Shown piece after piece: positions 1 to 9,978 of a stretch of DNA of 64,000 nt. The notes under the pieces are model-generated. The model searched no databases and had not been told where the DNA came from. It worked only from the letters and a program-made list of their open reading frames with translations. This DNA comes from a virus. The DNA is taken from positions 4,827 through 68,826 of IMG/VR virus record IMGVR_UViG_3300022413_000009. The stretch is one strand, 5' to 3'. Each line of letters opens with the position of its first letter. Position 1 is the first letter of the stretch. The position numbers and the translations under genes are program-made.

Positions 1-678
1 CTGCCACAGCGGTAATGAGGAAGGTACCGTTGTTCCCAGCAGCGACATCATCAGCCGACAGTACGGTTACACGGGCGCCAACCTGATACGGGAATGCGCC
101 AGCAGTGAAGTCACCGCCATCGTTTCGCGTAATGGTGTTCGCTGTGAATGCGATACCCGGCGAGCCAGCCGCGACATCTTCCTCGTATGTAAGGATCGCT
201 TCGTTGACAGGGCCCACTCTGTCGAAGTTGACACGGGCGCCGATATCAGATGAATCGGAACCTTGCTGGTAGTAGGCCTGGTCAGTCGGGCTACCTGCGA
301 CGAACGCACCAAGAGTGATGATACCCGCGTATTCTTTCTTCTGAATATCGAGCTCATCGATTTCAGACCAGCCAGCCGTTTTGATTCGCTTTCGTGTAGT
401 ATCGTTCAGCGGTTCCCAATCATTGATGAATTCGAATTGCTCAGGGGTAATAGCAATCATTGGGAAAGGGTGTGGGATCAGTGTCGCGTCAGTCTTCCAT
501 TCCTCTTTGAAGAAGGAATACATCGCTTGGAGAGTCACACCATCGCTATCGATTCGTGATACCGGCGAGATAGCCGGCGACACATCGGTATCGGTTATGA
601 TTCGAAAGGTACGGCCGGCCGTAGCAATCTGGACTTCCCGTCCTTGAGTGATAAAGTCCGGATCAACTGTGATTGGCA
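1..678 (-). CDS. Hypothetical protein, 5' partial within window (start at 678, continues past window start); likely virion structural protein downstream of capsid genes
   Basis: Manual translation of minus strand from ATG at 676-678 (preceded by GAGGGAGA RBS) gives an uninterrupted ORF of more than 220 codons running off the window edge; absent from ORF track because it has no stop in the window. Confidence 0.5.
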
Positions 679-740
679 TTGTTCTCTCCCTCTAAGAGAC
701 CTGAATTACGCATCGCTCAAAATTATAACGCGGGAATAAG

Positions 741-1190
741 TCACCGCAAGGATGCCTTGATTGCTCGAGCGAGGTCTCCAGACACCGGGACGTTAGCAGG
801 GATGCTCAATTTCATCCAATCCTTGCTGTGGTCTATCGGGGCATCAACCATACACTTGAATGGCGCTACCAAATCAACCATGTGCGATGTCGCGACACCT
901 GCGACTTTATCACCGAATGTCGCTACTATATATTTCGATCCTTCTTCCAATTCTCCGAGACAGACACGACGTCTCTCGTTGATGAATTCACGCCTGATTC
1001 TCACGGGTTCATCATCTTCAACCACTTTATAGACCTGGAACTCACTGTCTTTGTCGCTCCGAAGAACCTTACCGAAGATCAACCAACTTGAACGGTTCGG
1101 CGATGGCTTTGCAATAAGTTTCTGTCTCAGCATACTTTCACCGCTACCCAATCCTGACAATAGAATGTCGGAAGCATCTCGATTCCCCAC
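741..1190 (-). CDS. Hypothetical protein
   Basis: 149 aa ORF in minus-strand gene series; no recognisable motif. Confidence 0.35.
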   Translation of the reverse strand: MGNRDASDILLSGLGSGESMLRQKLIAKPSPNRSSWLIFGKVLRSDKDSEFQVYKVVEDDEPVRIRREFINERRRVCLGELEEGSKYIVATFGDKVAGVATSHMVDLVAPFKCMVDAPIDHSKDWMKLSIPANVPVSGDLARAIKASLR

Positions 1191-1531
1191 TCTTCTACCA
1201 TGGCATAGAGGACCTCCAGTCGAGCAATGATTATCGTATCCTTAACGATATTCTGCTTGACATGGCTGAGCTTCTGCCATTCATCGTTGGCGACATAGAT
1301 GTACGCGATTGGGACCTCCATGTCGGGCACCTCACTCATGAGTTTCACGAATGAGTGCATGGAAGGTGGTGTCGTCTTATGCTTCAACACCGTCACATGC
1401 GGTCCACTGAGGATGGAATCATCCCCACCAAACTCATCGATACCTAGAACGTGGTAGCCGGTCCACTTCGCAATGAAGTCGGCTACCTCGTTAAGTTCAG
1501 CTATCGACCCCGTCACCCCGAGCTGAATCAT
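1127..1531 (-). CDS. Hypothetical protein (start trimmed to internal Met MIQLG; N-terminal 94 aa of track ORF look like a frame artefact of the overlapping acidic gene)
   Basis: Track ORF 1127..1813 overlaps 1497..2075 in another frame; only the C-terminal about 134 aa has globular composition. Confidence 0.3.
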   Translation of the reverse strand: MIQLGVTGSIAELNEVADFIAKWTGYHVLGIDEFGGDDSILSGPHVTVLKHKTTPPSMHSFVKLMSEVPDMEVPIAYIYVANDEWQKLSHVKQNIVKDTIIIARLEVLYAMVEEWGIEMLPTFYCQDWVAVKVC

Positions 1532-2075
1532 CGTCTGATTCTTCGGGTTGAGCGTCTTCGCTGCTGTCTTCGTCAGGCTCGGCAGGCTGGTCCGCAGTCT
1601 CGACTTCGACTGGATCTGCTGTAGACTCAACTTCGGCTGGCTTTTCGTCGGCCGCCGCAAGAGCCGCGACTGCGTCTCTTGGGTCAACTTCGCCTTCGCC
1701 TCCTGCTTGAACAGCGGCAGCGGCTTGCTCAGATCGAGACTCATCACTGAGCTCAACAAACTGTCCTTCCCCGTCGACATAATGGATCTCCACGTTATGG
1801 GCATATCTCTCATAAGCGAGAGCTATCTTGGCCTGGCCCGGGCATCCCTCTTCGATAATCACGGCTCTGGCTTGCTTGTTGATGTCACCCGGACCGAGGA
1901 ACATATGAGACCAAATCAATCGCGTTTGAACGCCACTGTCTCGTATCCTGGTAGCTAGACGCTTCATGGCGTTACCCGAAGCCTTGCGGAAGTAAATCGC
2001 AGTGACAGGCTGGCGTGTCTGTTCATCCAGCGGTACTGCGTCTGGCTTTCGATTCTTTCCGGTTACTGCTGACAT
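1497..2075 (-). CDS. Hypothetical head-associated protein with long poly-acidic C-terminal tail
   Basis: 192 aa; C-terminal 70 aa almost entirely D/E/A/P (EPDEDSSEDAQPEESDDDSARGDGVDS); sits immediately downstream of the major capsid gene. Confidence 0.45.
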   Translation of the reverse strand: MSAVTGKNRKPDAVPLDEQTRQPVTAIYFRKASGNAMKRLATRIRDSGVQTRLIWSHMFLGPGDINKQARAVIIEEGCPGQAKIALAYERYAHNVEIHYVDGEGQFVELSDESRSEQAAAAVQAGGEGEVDPRDAVAALAAADEKPAEVESTADPVEVETADQPAEPDEDSSEDAQPEESDDDSARGDGVDS

Positions 2076-2090
2076 ATTTAATACCTCGTT

Positions 2091-2124
2091 ACCAAAAGAC
2101 TGGGGGTGAGCGAACCCACCCCCA
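2091..2124 (-). terminator. Rho-independent terminator immediately after major capsid gene
   Basis: Minus-sense GGGGGTGGGTTCGCTCACCCCC hairpin followed by AGTCTTTTGGT, 15 nt after capsid stop. Confidence 0.55.
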
Positions 2125-2138
2125 ATGATCTCCCTCCG

Positions 2139-3185
2139 CTATAGGGTGTTGATGGCCAGACCAGCGAAGTCCTTGCTGCTGTCCATCACGGCATCCCAGT
2201 TCGTACCCGTTCCAAGAGCTGTGTCGTCAGGGTTGACACCACCGTTGGCCGGATCCCATCGGAATCCCTTCACGCCTACGTTGTAGGCAAACTCACCCTG
2301 CAGACGAGACACGATATTTTCGTTACCGGTGATCACGTCTGTGTAGAGCAGTTCCTCTTCGCTGTCTTCCAGCACCGTCGCATTCTCGACAAGTCCGAGA
2401 GTGGTGTACTGGTTAACCAACGGAGAAGCTTCCTGGCTGATGAGCGCCGCGCTGTCTGTTACCAGAACAGGACGGTTCAACGTAACCGGCTGAGCTTCCG
2501 CGATGTTGAAGTTGGAAATGCCGTCGATGTTCGCCGCAATCTGCTGCTGAACAAGGTCAAAGAAGACCTTCGAGTGCATAACCCACATCACAACACGACC
2601 AGCCGCGTCACCGAACGTCGCAAGGCCGTCTACCAAGGTAGCGGTTGCCATTGTCGTCTGAGGTGAGTTGGCAGGACCACGGTCAATCGTGACTCCGGCC
2701 TGGTTGGTGATAGCCGCTACCAGTGCAGAAAGGCCAGCGTCGAGCTGGTCAATCTGTACCGCCTTCGCAATCTGCCCACCCAGCAAGAACGAAAGCACTT
2801 CCAAATCTGGGTTGTCGCCCAGCTTACGGAAGGAGTCGAACGTCTGGTCAATAGGACCGATACGTCGGTTCAGCTTGACTGAAATATGCTCATCCATCGG
2901 AACATTCGATGGGGTAACCGCCTGGTTACTCGGCGATGTGCTTGCTACGTCACGTCGCTGAACCAGGTTGCTCACGTTCTTGAAGAACGACTCTTGAGCA
3001 AAGTCACCACGTCGTCGAGCTGTCACAAGACGAATGGCATTACGAGAAGCCGCGTTGAAAGCATCCGTGTTCTGAACGAGCGTTTCGCTCATTCCCGAAT
3101 GAACCAACTCGGGATAAATCAATCCCTGTGGCAAGTGTCCGGCTGCGCCACTGCCGGCCCATTGGGCGCGTGAACCTGTCGGCAT
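2139..3185 (-). CDS. Major capsid protein
   Basis: 348 aa, follows scaffold gene and precedes strong terminator; size/composition typical of HK97-fold or T7-like major capsid proteins; position in TerS-TerL-portal-scaffold-capsid order. Confidence 0.6.
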   Translation of the reverse strand: MPTGSRAQWAGSGAAGHLPQGLIYPELVHSGMSETLVQNTDAFNAASRNAIRLVTARRRGDFAQESFFKNVSNLVQRRDVASTSPSNQAVTPSNVPMDEHISVKLNRRIGPIDQTFDSFRKLGDNPDLEVLSFLLGGQIAKAVQIDQLDAGLSALVAAITNQAGVTIDRGPANSPQTTMATATLVDGLATFGDAAGRVVMWVMHSKVFFDLVQQQIAANIDGISNFNIAEAQPVTLNRPVLVTDSAALISQEASPLVNQYTTLGLVENATVLEDSEEELLYTDVITGNENIVSRLQGEFAYNVGVKGFRWDPANGGVNPDDTALGTGTNWDAVMDSSKDFAGLAINTL

Positions 3186-3235
3186 TTTTGAACCCTCCTA
3201 AACAAAAACCTTAGTGATGGGGTTCGCTTGCAGTC

Positions 3236-4063
3236 TTAAGCGGGCAGAGACTGATACTTGTCGTTGCCGTGCTTGTTGATGTAGTCCACCTTTTCTCGAG
3301 GCGTCATCTGACTGCGGGGCTTGTCCACCACTGCATCTCCTGCCGGTGGATTCCCTCCGCCGTTGGCCGCATCGTTACCTTCGCCACCGTCTCCTGGGGG
3401 TGTCCCACCACCAGCAGAACCAGTGCCTTTGAAGGCGCCTGCGTACACTTCCTGGGTCCGCATCTCGCTGACCAAGGCCTTGATGGTTAGAGGATTACCT
3501 TCAGCGTCCACCCGGGACGTTCCGGTAGCGTCAACGACCTGAGCCTTGAACACACCATCCTCTTCCTTCAACTTCACAAGGGCTTTGACGTGCGGGAGTA
3601 GGAGCGTCACGTTCCCATTCTCACCGTTTATAGCCTCTGTGGCTTGAGCGTCAATCAAATGCCGCTCCAATTCTTGCTTCACTCGAGCAGTTTCTCTATC
3701 CTTTTCGGCGATTTGCTCGTTGTGCTGATCCCGCATCTGCTGTTTCAGCTGTTCCCACTCGCCTTTCTTCTCCGCTTCACGTTCTTCCGCTTCGCGTTGC
3801 TGTTCCTTCAGCGTACGGTATTCCTCAGTATCGATACCGCCGAACTTGTCTTCCAGCGACTTTGTCTTACGCTTGAGATTGGCTACGTTCTCACGTTCCT
3901 TCTCGAGCGCGGACTTCAGTCCTCCGACATTCTCGACGTCTGATTCCGGGACGTACCCGCTCAATATCTTGAGCTTATATCCACCGGTTTCCAACGGCTC
4001 GTATTCTTCAGCGATTTCCTCGCTCAGTCCTTCAAGACTGTCTATCGTGGCTTGCAATGGCAT
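3236..4063 (-). CDS. Capsid scaffolding protein
   Basis: 275 aa, long central coiled-coil (KE-rich heptads) and Gly/Pro-rich C-terminus; located directly upstream of major capsid gene. Confidence 0.55.
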   Translation of the reverse strand: MPLQATIDSLEGLSEEIAEEYEPLETGGYKLKILSGYVPESDVENVGGLKSALEKERENVANLKRKTKSLEDKFGGIDTEEYRTLKEQQREAEEREAEKKGEWEQLKQQMRDQHNEQIAEKDRETARVKQELERHLIDAQATEAINGENGNVTLLLPHVKALVKLKEEDGVFKAQVVDATGTSRVDAEGNPLTIKALVSEMRTQEVYAGAFKGTGSAGGGTPPGDGGEGNDAANGGGNPPAGDAVVDKPRSQMTPREKVDYINKHGNDKYQSLPA

Positions 4064-4139
4064 GGGATTCCCTCCGAGTTGCCCGTCACTTCTCGTGACG
4101 AATCAAAGTCTACATACCTTGAACGAAAAAATACAAGAC

Positions 4140-4913
4140 CTAAGGCCCAAATTTTGCTTCTAGTTGATCGATTGTCATGGGATTACCACGCATATCGACG
4201 AGCTGAGTCAGTGTAATCTTTCCTCGACGCCAGAGACTTGCACGTACCGGGCCGAGTAGTTTATTGACGAAGGTATCGGACTTTCCTTTCAGCCATTCAG
4301 AGAATGTAATGTCCTGAGGCACCTGTCCGTCCATCGAGGCACGTGTACCAGTGGCCACTTCTGGCAGATCTATTCCGAGCTCTTCGAAACTTTTCGTAAC
4401 CGGGATGATACGCGACCGACAATTGAAGTGCCGCGGTGTTCCCCCATCAAACGGTAGGGTAGATCCGTTGATGGGCTCCAGAGTCTCAGCGTCCCAGGTT
4501 TGCCCTGAATACGCGATGCAAATGTCACTCGTCCGATTATCAAGAGTTGAAACCTGTGTTATTGATCCGATGACATCAAGATTGTCCTGGACTGTCGTCA
4601 GCAGGGCTTCTGTCTGTATCGAATTGATGGCCGTGCTCACGAGCGCGCCCGCTTTTCCGCGGGTGGTCCTCATAATCCCGGGAACCTGAACCCCTTCTAC
4701 CGTGCCACCTACGATTCTTGTGATGGCTTGCGTGATGCTTTCGCCGTTGTTCACAGTCTCTTGGACTACGTCCATGAAGCTGTTGAGAAACTGTGTCGAC
4801 TGTCTTCGCCACCAGGTACTAAGGGTCGCTCCCTCTATCAGCGTCTGAGCGACAAGCGCATCTAGAACGGCTGGAGGTGGTTGGCTTGGCGTAAAGGGGA
4901 TCTCGTCTGGCAT
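4140..4913 (-). CDS. Putative head morphogenesis / minor capsid protein (Mu gpF / SPP1 gp7-like)
   Basis: 257 aa between portal-proximal genes and scaffold, the canonical position of the Mu F-like head morphogenesis gene; no decisive motif seen. Confidence 0.35.
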   Translation of the reverse strand: MPDEIPFTPSQPPPAVLDALVAQTLIEGATLSTWWRRQSTQFLNSFMDVVQETVNNGESITQAITRIVGGTVEGVQVPGIMRTTRGKAGALVSTAINSIQTEALLTTVQDNLDVIGSITQVSTLDNRTSDICIAYSGQTWDAETLEPINGSTLPFDGGTPRHFNCRSRIIPVTKSFEELGIDLPEVATGTRASMDGQVPQDITFSEWLKGKSDTFVNKLLGPVRASLWRRGKITLTQLVDMRGNPMTIDQLEAKFGP

Positions 4914-5223
4914 AAATTCCTACCCAGTAGTTGACCATCCATCGGGTCACTCGAAAAACTACAGTAATGACGAGACACGCAAACCACAAGAAGATAATAA
5001 TCAGCGTCAGCTGGAAGAGCGTCACGCTGCCTTCTCACCATCCTTCGATGGCGGTGCGGTAGGTATGTACCTGAGGCATGAGACTTCTTTGATGAATACC
5101 CCAGGTTCTTTGTCCTCGATTGTGACGGCACACGAGTCTGAGATGGCTTTGTGCTCCTTGCATTGGAGCTCGACAGAATAGTCGTTTGCGAACATACATG
5201 CGAGAATGATGACTTCAAACATC

Positions 5224-5517
5224 TTAGGCTACCTTCTTCAATTGCTCAGCGAGCAGGATCTCCCTCAGTTTCTCCAAGTAATCCCTTCGGTCCTGTTCGT
5301 CGGGGGTTAGAGGCCGACGTTCCTCGATTGTTCGGTAAAGTTTCAGCTCAAGCTCGATAGCCTTTAGGTCCAGCTCAATGTTCCCGGCGTGTATCTCTTG
5401 GTCCAGGCTGGATTCTATTTCTTTATGGATAGCATCTCTCTGATTGTAGTCCCAGGCATATCCCGACCCGAGAAGGGCCAATCCTGATATGACTACACCG
5501 ATGCCGATTTTGTTCAT
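5224..5517 (-). CDS. Small secreted or membrane-anchored protein
   Basis: 97 aa, N-terminal hydrophobic signal-like segment MNKIGIGVVISGLALLGSGYA. Confidence 0.35.
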   Translation of the reverse strand: MNKIGIGVVISGLALLGSGYAWDYNQRDAIHKEIESSLDQEIHAGNIELDLKAIELELKLYRTIEERRPLTPDEQDRRDYLEKLREILLAEQLKKVA

Positions 5518-5846
5518 GGTATTGCGTCCCGTACTATACGATTCGCCGCCTTAGATTCAACCTTGGAGAGTCTTCGGAGATCGTGCCGGACAAGTCGACC
5601 GATTCTGACATAGGCGTCACTAATGAGAGGCCGTGCTTCTTCACGAAGTCGCTTGGTGCGACGTTTCCTTGCATCAAGCCGGGTGGCTCCGTGCGGATCG
5701 ATTCGTACAAGGAGGACCTTGAGATCTTTCCCAAGCTCGACCAAGATCCGATCAACTTTGTTCCTGATATCACCATCCAATTTCCTCAGGTCAATGTCGT
5801 GCTCAGCGAATGAGTCAAGTATCTGTTCATTGACTGTCTGTGGCAC
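5514..5846 (-). CDS. Hypothetical protein
   Basis: 110 aa ORF, start overlaps stop of neighbour (ATGA-type coupling). Confidence 0.3.
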   Translation of the reverse strand: MPQTVNEQILDSFAEHDIDLRKLDGDIRNKVDRILVELGKDLKVLLVRIDPHGATRLDARKRRTKRLREEARPLISDAYVRIGRLVRHDLRRLSKVESKAANRIVRDAIP

Positions 5847-5914
5847 GTCGCTTCTTCCGCGGATTCTTCCGCTTGCCCTTGCCTTTGTAGACTTGTGTCA
5901 TTGTCAACTCTCCC

Positions 5915-6436
5915 CTAGTGCTCGTAGAACGCTACATCGATGCCCGCTACCTGTGGCACCGTGGATATGTTTCTCAGAACACAGAGGTAATCAGTTTCTG
6001 GACGAAGAATAAACTCCTCGAATACATCGGCCAACACACCAGATCCTTGTGTGGCAACGCCACCAGGAAGGATTTCTGGTCCATCAATTATGATTAGGCC
6101 GATAGGAGAACCTACCTTTGGGTTGTCGAATAATCTGGTTCTAGCTACGTTGGGCGAGTTACGATTACGATTGACAGGGATGATTTCTTTGCCACCAAAA
6201 TAGCCCGTCGATTCGTAAATAGTGAAATTCGTGTTGCCACCCCCTGCTACTTCAGCCCTGAAGTGAGGGTAGGTGTCTGCCGGAACCGAGACTCGAAGAA
6301 GCAATGCATCGTTAGGTGCCAAGGATGTATTGAACACACTAGCGACGAATAGTCTGCCCTCATGAATCATCGCATGAACCGTATCAATGCCGATGCGAGC
6401 ACCGCTGATAGGATCTATTGGGTTAGGACCTGGCAT
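5915..6436 (-). CDS. Hypothetical protein
   Basis: 173 aa ORF in head module, Gly/Pro-rich, no motif recognised. Confidence 0.35.
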   Translation of the reverse strand: MPGPNPIDPISGARIGIDTVHAMIHEGRLFVASVFNTSLAPNDALLLRVSVPADTYPHFRAEVAGGGNTNFTIYESTGYFGGKEIIPVNRNRNSPNVARTRLFDNPKVGSPIGLIIIDGPEILPGGVATQGSGVLADVFEEFILRPETDYLCVLRNISTVPQVAGIDVAFYEH

Positions 6437-6778
6437 TATCGCCTCGATGGTGAACGGGTCAGCGCCGTATTGCTGAAGCGCCTGAACCCTGTTCTACCGC
6501 TGCTGATTGTGGCACCTTTCCTCATACCTTTCCTGGTACGGAACGTGTTCTTACCTACACGAACCAGGGTCCGGCGATGGAAGGAAGTGACCCCCACCCT
6601 ATTACGGGGGAGGGCCACTTACTGCTTGTCGTTTACGCCAGAAAGGCCGCCGTTTGTCTTGCCGTCCATGTTACTGGACACATCAACACCGGTTACCGCT
6701 GGCGGAAATCCTGGTGCACCTTTCCGACCTTTGCCGTCCTTAGGCGGAGTATCACTGCCCGCATTCTTGCGGATGTTC

Positions 6779-8557
6779 TTACTCGCTTGACCCGGCTGCC
6801 GGCGGTTGCCCTTCACTACTGTCTGCTTCGGCATCTTCGTCTTCCTCGTCATCTGTCGGTTCCTCAAAGCCGGGACCGTTGGCTGCTACTCTTGCTAGGA
6901 GGATGTGGCTGTGGCCATCATCAACCGTTGTTCGGATACCCATCTCATCCCAATCATGTTCGTGGATATCGCCTGTCTCTGGGTCGGTTACCGCATCGGT
7001 CTTCCCACCCTCTTGAAGGATATGCCTATGCCCGTCGGCGATCGCAGTGGTATCCCCTGGCTGGTTGCGCCCTTTAATCTCCTGCTCTTCACCATCGGCT
7101 TCAGCGTTGTCGCCGACTTCAGGTTCCGGATTCGCGCTGCCCCCGCTTTCAATGTCGAGGATGTCGATCTCGTCCTGCGCTTCAAAGTCATCTGACAATA
7201 GTCCTCTTCGCTTCACTTCCTTGAAGAATGTCATGCGGCTGATGTCGCCAGCGGCGCGCATCTTGAGCAGCATTTCAACATCCTTGAAGTCCTTCGACTC
7301 TATACCAAAGTCCTTAAAGACCTCAACACCACCACCTGAATCTTGTGGCATGTTCAACCACTTGGCAAAGAAGTCTAGCATGCCTTCTAGGACATTTTCT
7401 AGCTCACGAGAGATTAGGCCCAGTATCGAGTCCGCTTCCACCTGGTCCATGATGCGCCCTGTAGCGGTCTCTGTGCTCTGAACTGGGCGCTTCACCATCA
7501 TCTCCAGACCAAGCATGTTTATCCTATCCTCAAGGTCGACAAGGTCATTCACGCCAGCCTCGATCCCTTTTCCGGTGTGCTCCACGTATTTGAGCGTGGC
7601 GCCCTTAGGGGCCTTCACGAACGTGTTGGAGCCAATCTCGATGTGAATGTCGTTGTCCTCATCGCCGAATCCCTCAGCAAACAAGATCGGCACCCTAGCG
7701 ATGTGGAGTATGTTTCTCTGGTCGCTGTCGCTCTGCCAGTGGGCTACATTCAGGAACGCAATGTCGAGGAATAGGGGCTCACCAATCATGAACCCTTTCT
7801 TGTTCGTGTAGAAGGTAACTAGGGGTATCACCTCCATTGTGGTTGCCTTAACCTCTATCAGCATCCAGCGATTATCATCGGGGTTCGTAGTCGAGTTGTC
7901 TGTCTCTTCCACCTTCTCAAAGACGCGCACCAGGCCCGGCTCGATGACACGGATGCGTTCACGACGTTCCTGCTGAAACTCATTGATGTCTACCTTGACT
8001 GACTCAAGGATCCTGATCTGGGTTAGCACCTTCTGGTTATTGCGCATCTCCCATTTCCAGCCTATCAGGTCAGCGGCACGTATATGGCGGGCATAGGGTC
8101 GTACCCCGAGCTCCTGTTCTTGGGCCAGGGTTAGGCTACCATCAGGAAACTCTCCGGGTACCTCTTGGGTATCGCTGAAGTCTACAAGGATGTGGGTCAC
8201 CCCATCGTCAATGGCAGCCTCTAGGACGTTGCGAGAGAACACATCAAGATTGGTACCCTGATTGTCTATGTTGTCTCGATAAACCGCAATCTCTGGCGGT
8301 ACGTCTTCCTCTAGGACCACAGGCTTCTTGAGGGGCTTACCGACGAGCTTATCCGCTGTCTTCTTATACATGTTCGTGAGTACGGATCTATCGAGACGGT
8401 TCTTGTACGCCTCCTCTGACTCACCAGGTTCCTGAGGCATGTAGACACGACCCGCTGCCCGCATTGCAGGGGTGCCACCTCTGAGACTCGCAGTGATATG
8501 CCACCGCAGTGACATGGTATCATATTCTTCATTTGGGATGGCTACTGGATCTGGCAT
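6779..8557 (-). CDS. Portal protein
   Basis: 592 aa ORF immediately downstream of terminase large subunit with 1-nt stop/start overlap; size and position typical of portal; acidic disordered C-terminus. Confidence 0.6.
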   Translation of the reverse strand: MPDPVAIPNEEYDTMSLRWHITASLRGGTPAMRAAGRVYMPQEPGESEEAYKNRLDRSVLTNMYKKTADKLVGKPLKKPVVLEEDVPPEIAVYRDNIDNQGTNLDVFSRNVLEAAIDDGVTHILVDFSDTQEVPGEFPDGSLTLAQEQELGVRPYARHIRAADLIGWKWEMRNNQKVLTQIRILESVKVDINEFQQERRERIRVIEPGLVRVFEKVEETDNSTTNPDDNRWMLIEVKATTMEVIPLVTFYTNKKGFMIGEPLFLDIAFLNVAHWQSDSDQRNILHIARVPILFAEGFGDEDNDIHIEIGSNTFVKAPKGATLKYVEHTGKGIEAGVNDLVDLEDRINMLGLEMMVKRPVQSTETATGRIMDQVEADSILGLISRELENVLEGMLDFFAKWLNMPQDSGGGVEVFKDFGIESKDFKDVEMLLKMRAAGDISRMTFFKEVKRRGLLSDDFEAQDEIDILDIESGGSANPEPEVGDNAEADGEEQEIKGRNQPGDTTAIADGHRHILQEGGKTDAVTDPETGDIHEHDWDEMGIRTTVDDGHSHILLARVAANGPGFEEPTDDEEDEDAEADSSEGQPPAAGSSE

Positions 8558-9975
8558 TACACCCTAAGCTCCGTGATTATGGTTGACTCTGGACGTACCG
8601 GATACTCTTTCACGACGTAGTATCCCACAGCGTCGCTTAGGTGCGTCAGTTTTGGATCATGCTTCTTGTCCAACTCTCCTGAGCCTCCTTCCAAGAGTCG
8701 TACACCTTCAAAATCTTTTACCGTATTCGGGGCCCGCGTAGGATCAATCATCATTCGGATAATCCCGGATCCTGTCTTGAGTCTGGTGTTGACAGAATTG
8801 ATGCGGCTCCTCTCAGTAGGGTTGCTATTAGGTACGCGCATATAGACGCGTTCTCGACCGAAGTGGCCATAGAGCGCATTCTTGACCAAGTCCCAGTCAC
8901 TGCCCTCTGTCTGTGCGGTACCTCTTGCTCCACCTGTCGCATCACCGTACACCAAGACGCGCCCCTCATGGGCACCCCAATCCTGGATTAGTTTACGGCA
9001 TACGGCTGGGGTATTGCTATTCTGGGGGATGTGTACCTCACCGATTATCCCAGTGCCTTTGGTGCGTTGCTCAAAGACCTGGTCCTTAAACATCGTCTTG
9101 CCATCGACAACGACTCCTGGTATCGGGGTGACGAGTCGAGGGAAATCCATCTCTTGTGCAATGACCGCAACACCTGGGTCGACGTTGAAGTCGAACATGA
9201 CTATCAGGTTTGCCTTTGGATTGTACTCATCTATCAGGCGTGCGCAATGGGTCTCTTCATTGAATGGGTAGTATGCCTGCCCTGCGAAATTGACAAATGA
9301 GCCCTCATATTCTTGAGCGAATGTCAGGGGATCAAGATCGCGGCGGGCTTGTTCTACTTCCTCGCCTCGCCCATACAGCGGCAGAACGTCAGCGGATTTC
9401 CAGGTGTGGGCCTGCCACAACCCAGTCTCATCCGCTCTAGCCTTCTTCCAGGCCTCATAGTAGTGGTTCCGACCTTCGGGTACGCCGATTAGGTCACACC
9501 ATCCTCTGCGGTCTGTGAGAGCAGGGTAGACATTCTCTGTCCACGCTCCCTCTTTCATGTTCGCATACTCGTCGAGGATACCGCCATCCCAGGGCGTTCC
9601 TTCAATACGCTCAGGACGATCCATGCCTACGACTGAGATGCGGGCTCCGTTAATGAGCCAGATGCTGAGCTCAGACTCACTAGGGCGACGAGTCATGAGA
9701 GAAGGGGGAATCATTCTCTTGAAATCATCCCAATAGATTCGCTTAGCCTGGTCCCTGACTGGGGCCGCAGCAAAGAAGGCCGGGTGTGGTGTGGTCGCTA
9801 GGAGAGCTTTCTTGACGACTTTCCTCTTAGCGATTTCCGTCTTACCTGAACGACGTCCGGCAGGCAGTACATTGAACCTCGCTGTCGACTGAGCATAGTC
9901 TTGCTGAGGCTTATAGTACGCCATCGGATGCCAACGATCCGTGATGGAAGCTTCCTGATGCAGCCTCATGGCCAT
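8557..9975 (-). CDS. terL: Terminase large subunit
   Basis: 472 aa; N-terminal Walker A VLPAGRRSGKTE, central acidic Walker B-like segment, C-terminal nuclease-like region; classic position between TerS and portal. Confidence 0.8.
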   Translation of the reverse strand: MAMRLHQEASITDRWHPMAYYKPQQDYAQSTARFNVLPAGRRSGKTEIAKRKVVKKALLATTPHPAFFAAAPVRDQAKRIYWDDFKRMIPPSLMTRRPSESELSIWLINGARISVVGMDRPERIEGTPWDGGILDEYANMKEGAWTENVYPALTDRRGWCDLIGVPEGRNHYYEAWKKARADETGLWQAHTWKSADVLPLYGRGEEVEQARRDLDPLTFAQEYEGSFVNFAGQAYYPFNEETHCARLIDEYNPKANLIVMFDFNVDPGVAVIAQEMDFPRLVTPIPGVVVDGKTMFKDQVFEQRTKGTGIIGEVHIPQNSNTPAVCRKLIQDWGAHEGRVLVYGDATGGARGTAQTEGSDWDLVKNALYGHFGRERVYMRVPNSNPTERSRINSVNTRLKTGSGIIRMMIDPTRAPNTVKDFEGVRLLEGGSGELDKKHDPKLTHLSDAVGYYVVKEYPVRPESTIITELRV

Positions 9976-9978
9976 AGG

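Noticed and set aside
263-1032. Plus-strand ORFs 263..559, 381..647, 673..1032 and all other plus-strand ORFs in the track
   Set aside because: Each lies entirely within a longer minus-strand ORF or tRNA region. None has a convincing RBS and their translations are low-complexity. They are treated as antisense artefacts.
1531-1813. N-terminal 94 residues of track ORF 1127..1813
   Set aside because: Low-complexity Ser/Lys/Leu/Thr translation produced by the alternate frame of the poly-acidic region of 1497..2075. The gene was trimmed to the internal Met.
4576-5222. Overlapping minus-strand ORFs 4576..4812, 4819..5025, 4862..5218, 5022..5222
   Set aside because: They overlap one another and the 3' end of 4140..4913, with Arg/Ser/His-rich low-complexity translations. 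At most one small membrane ORF (4819..5025) might be real, and it was not called.
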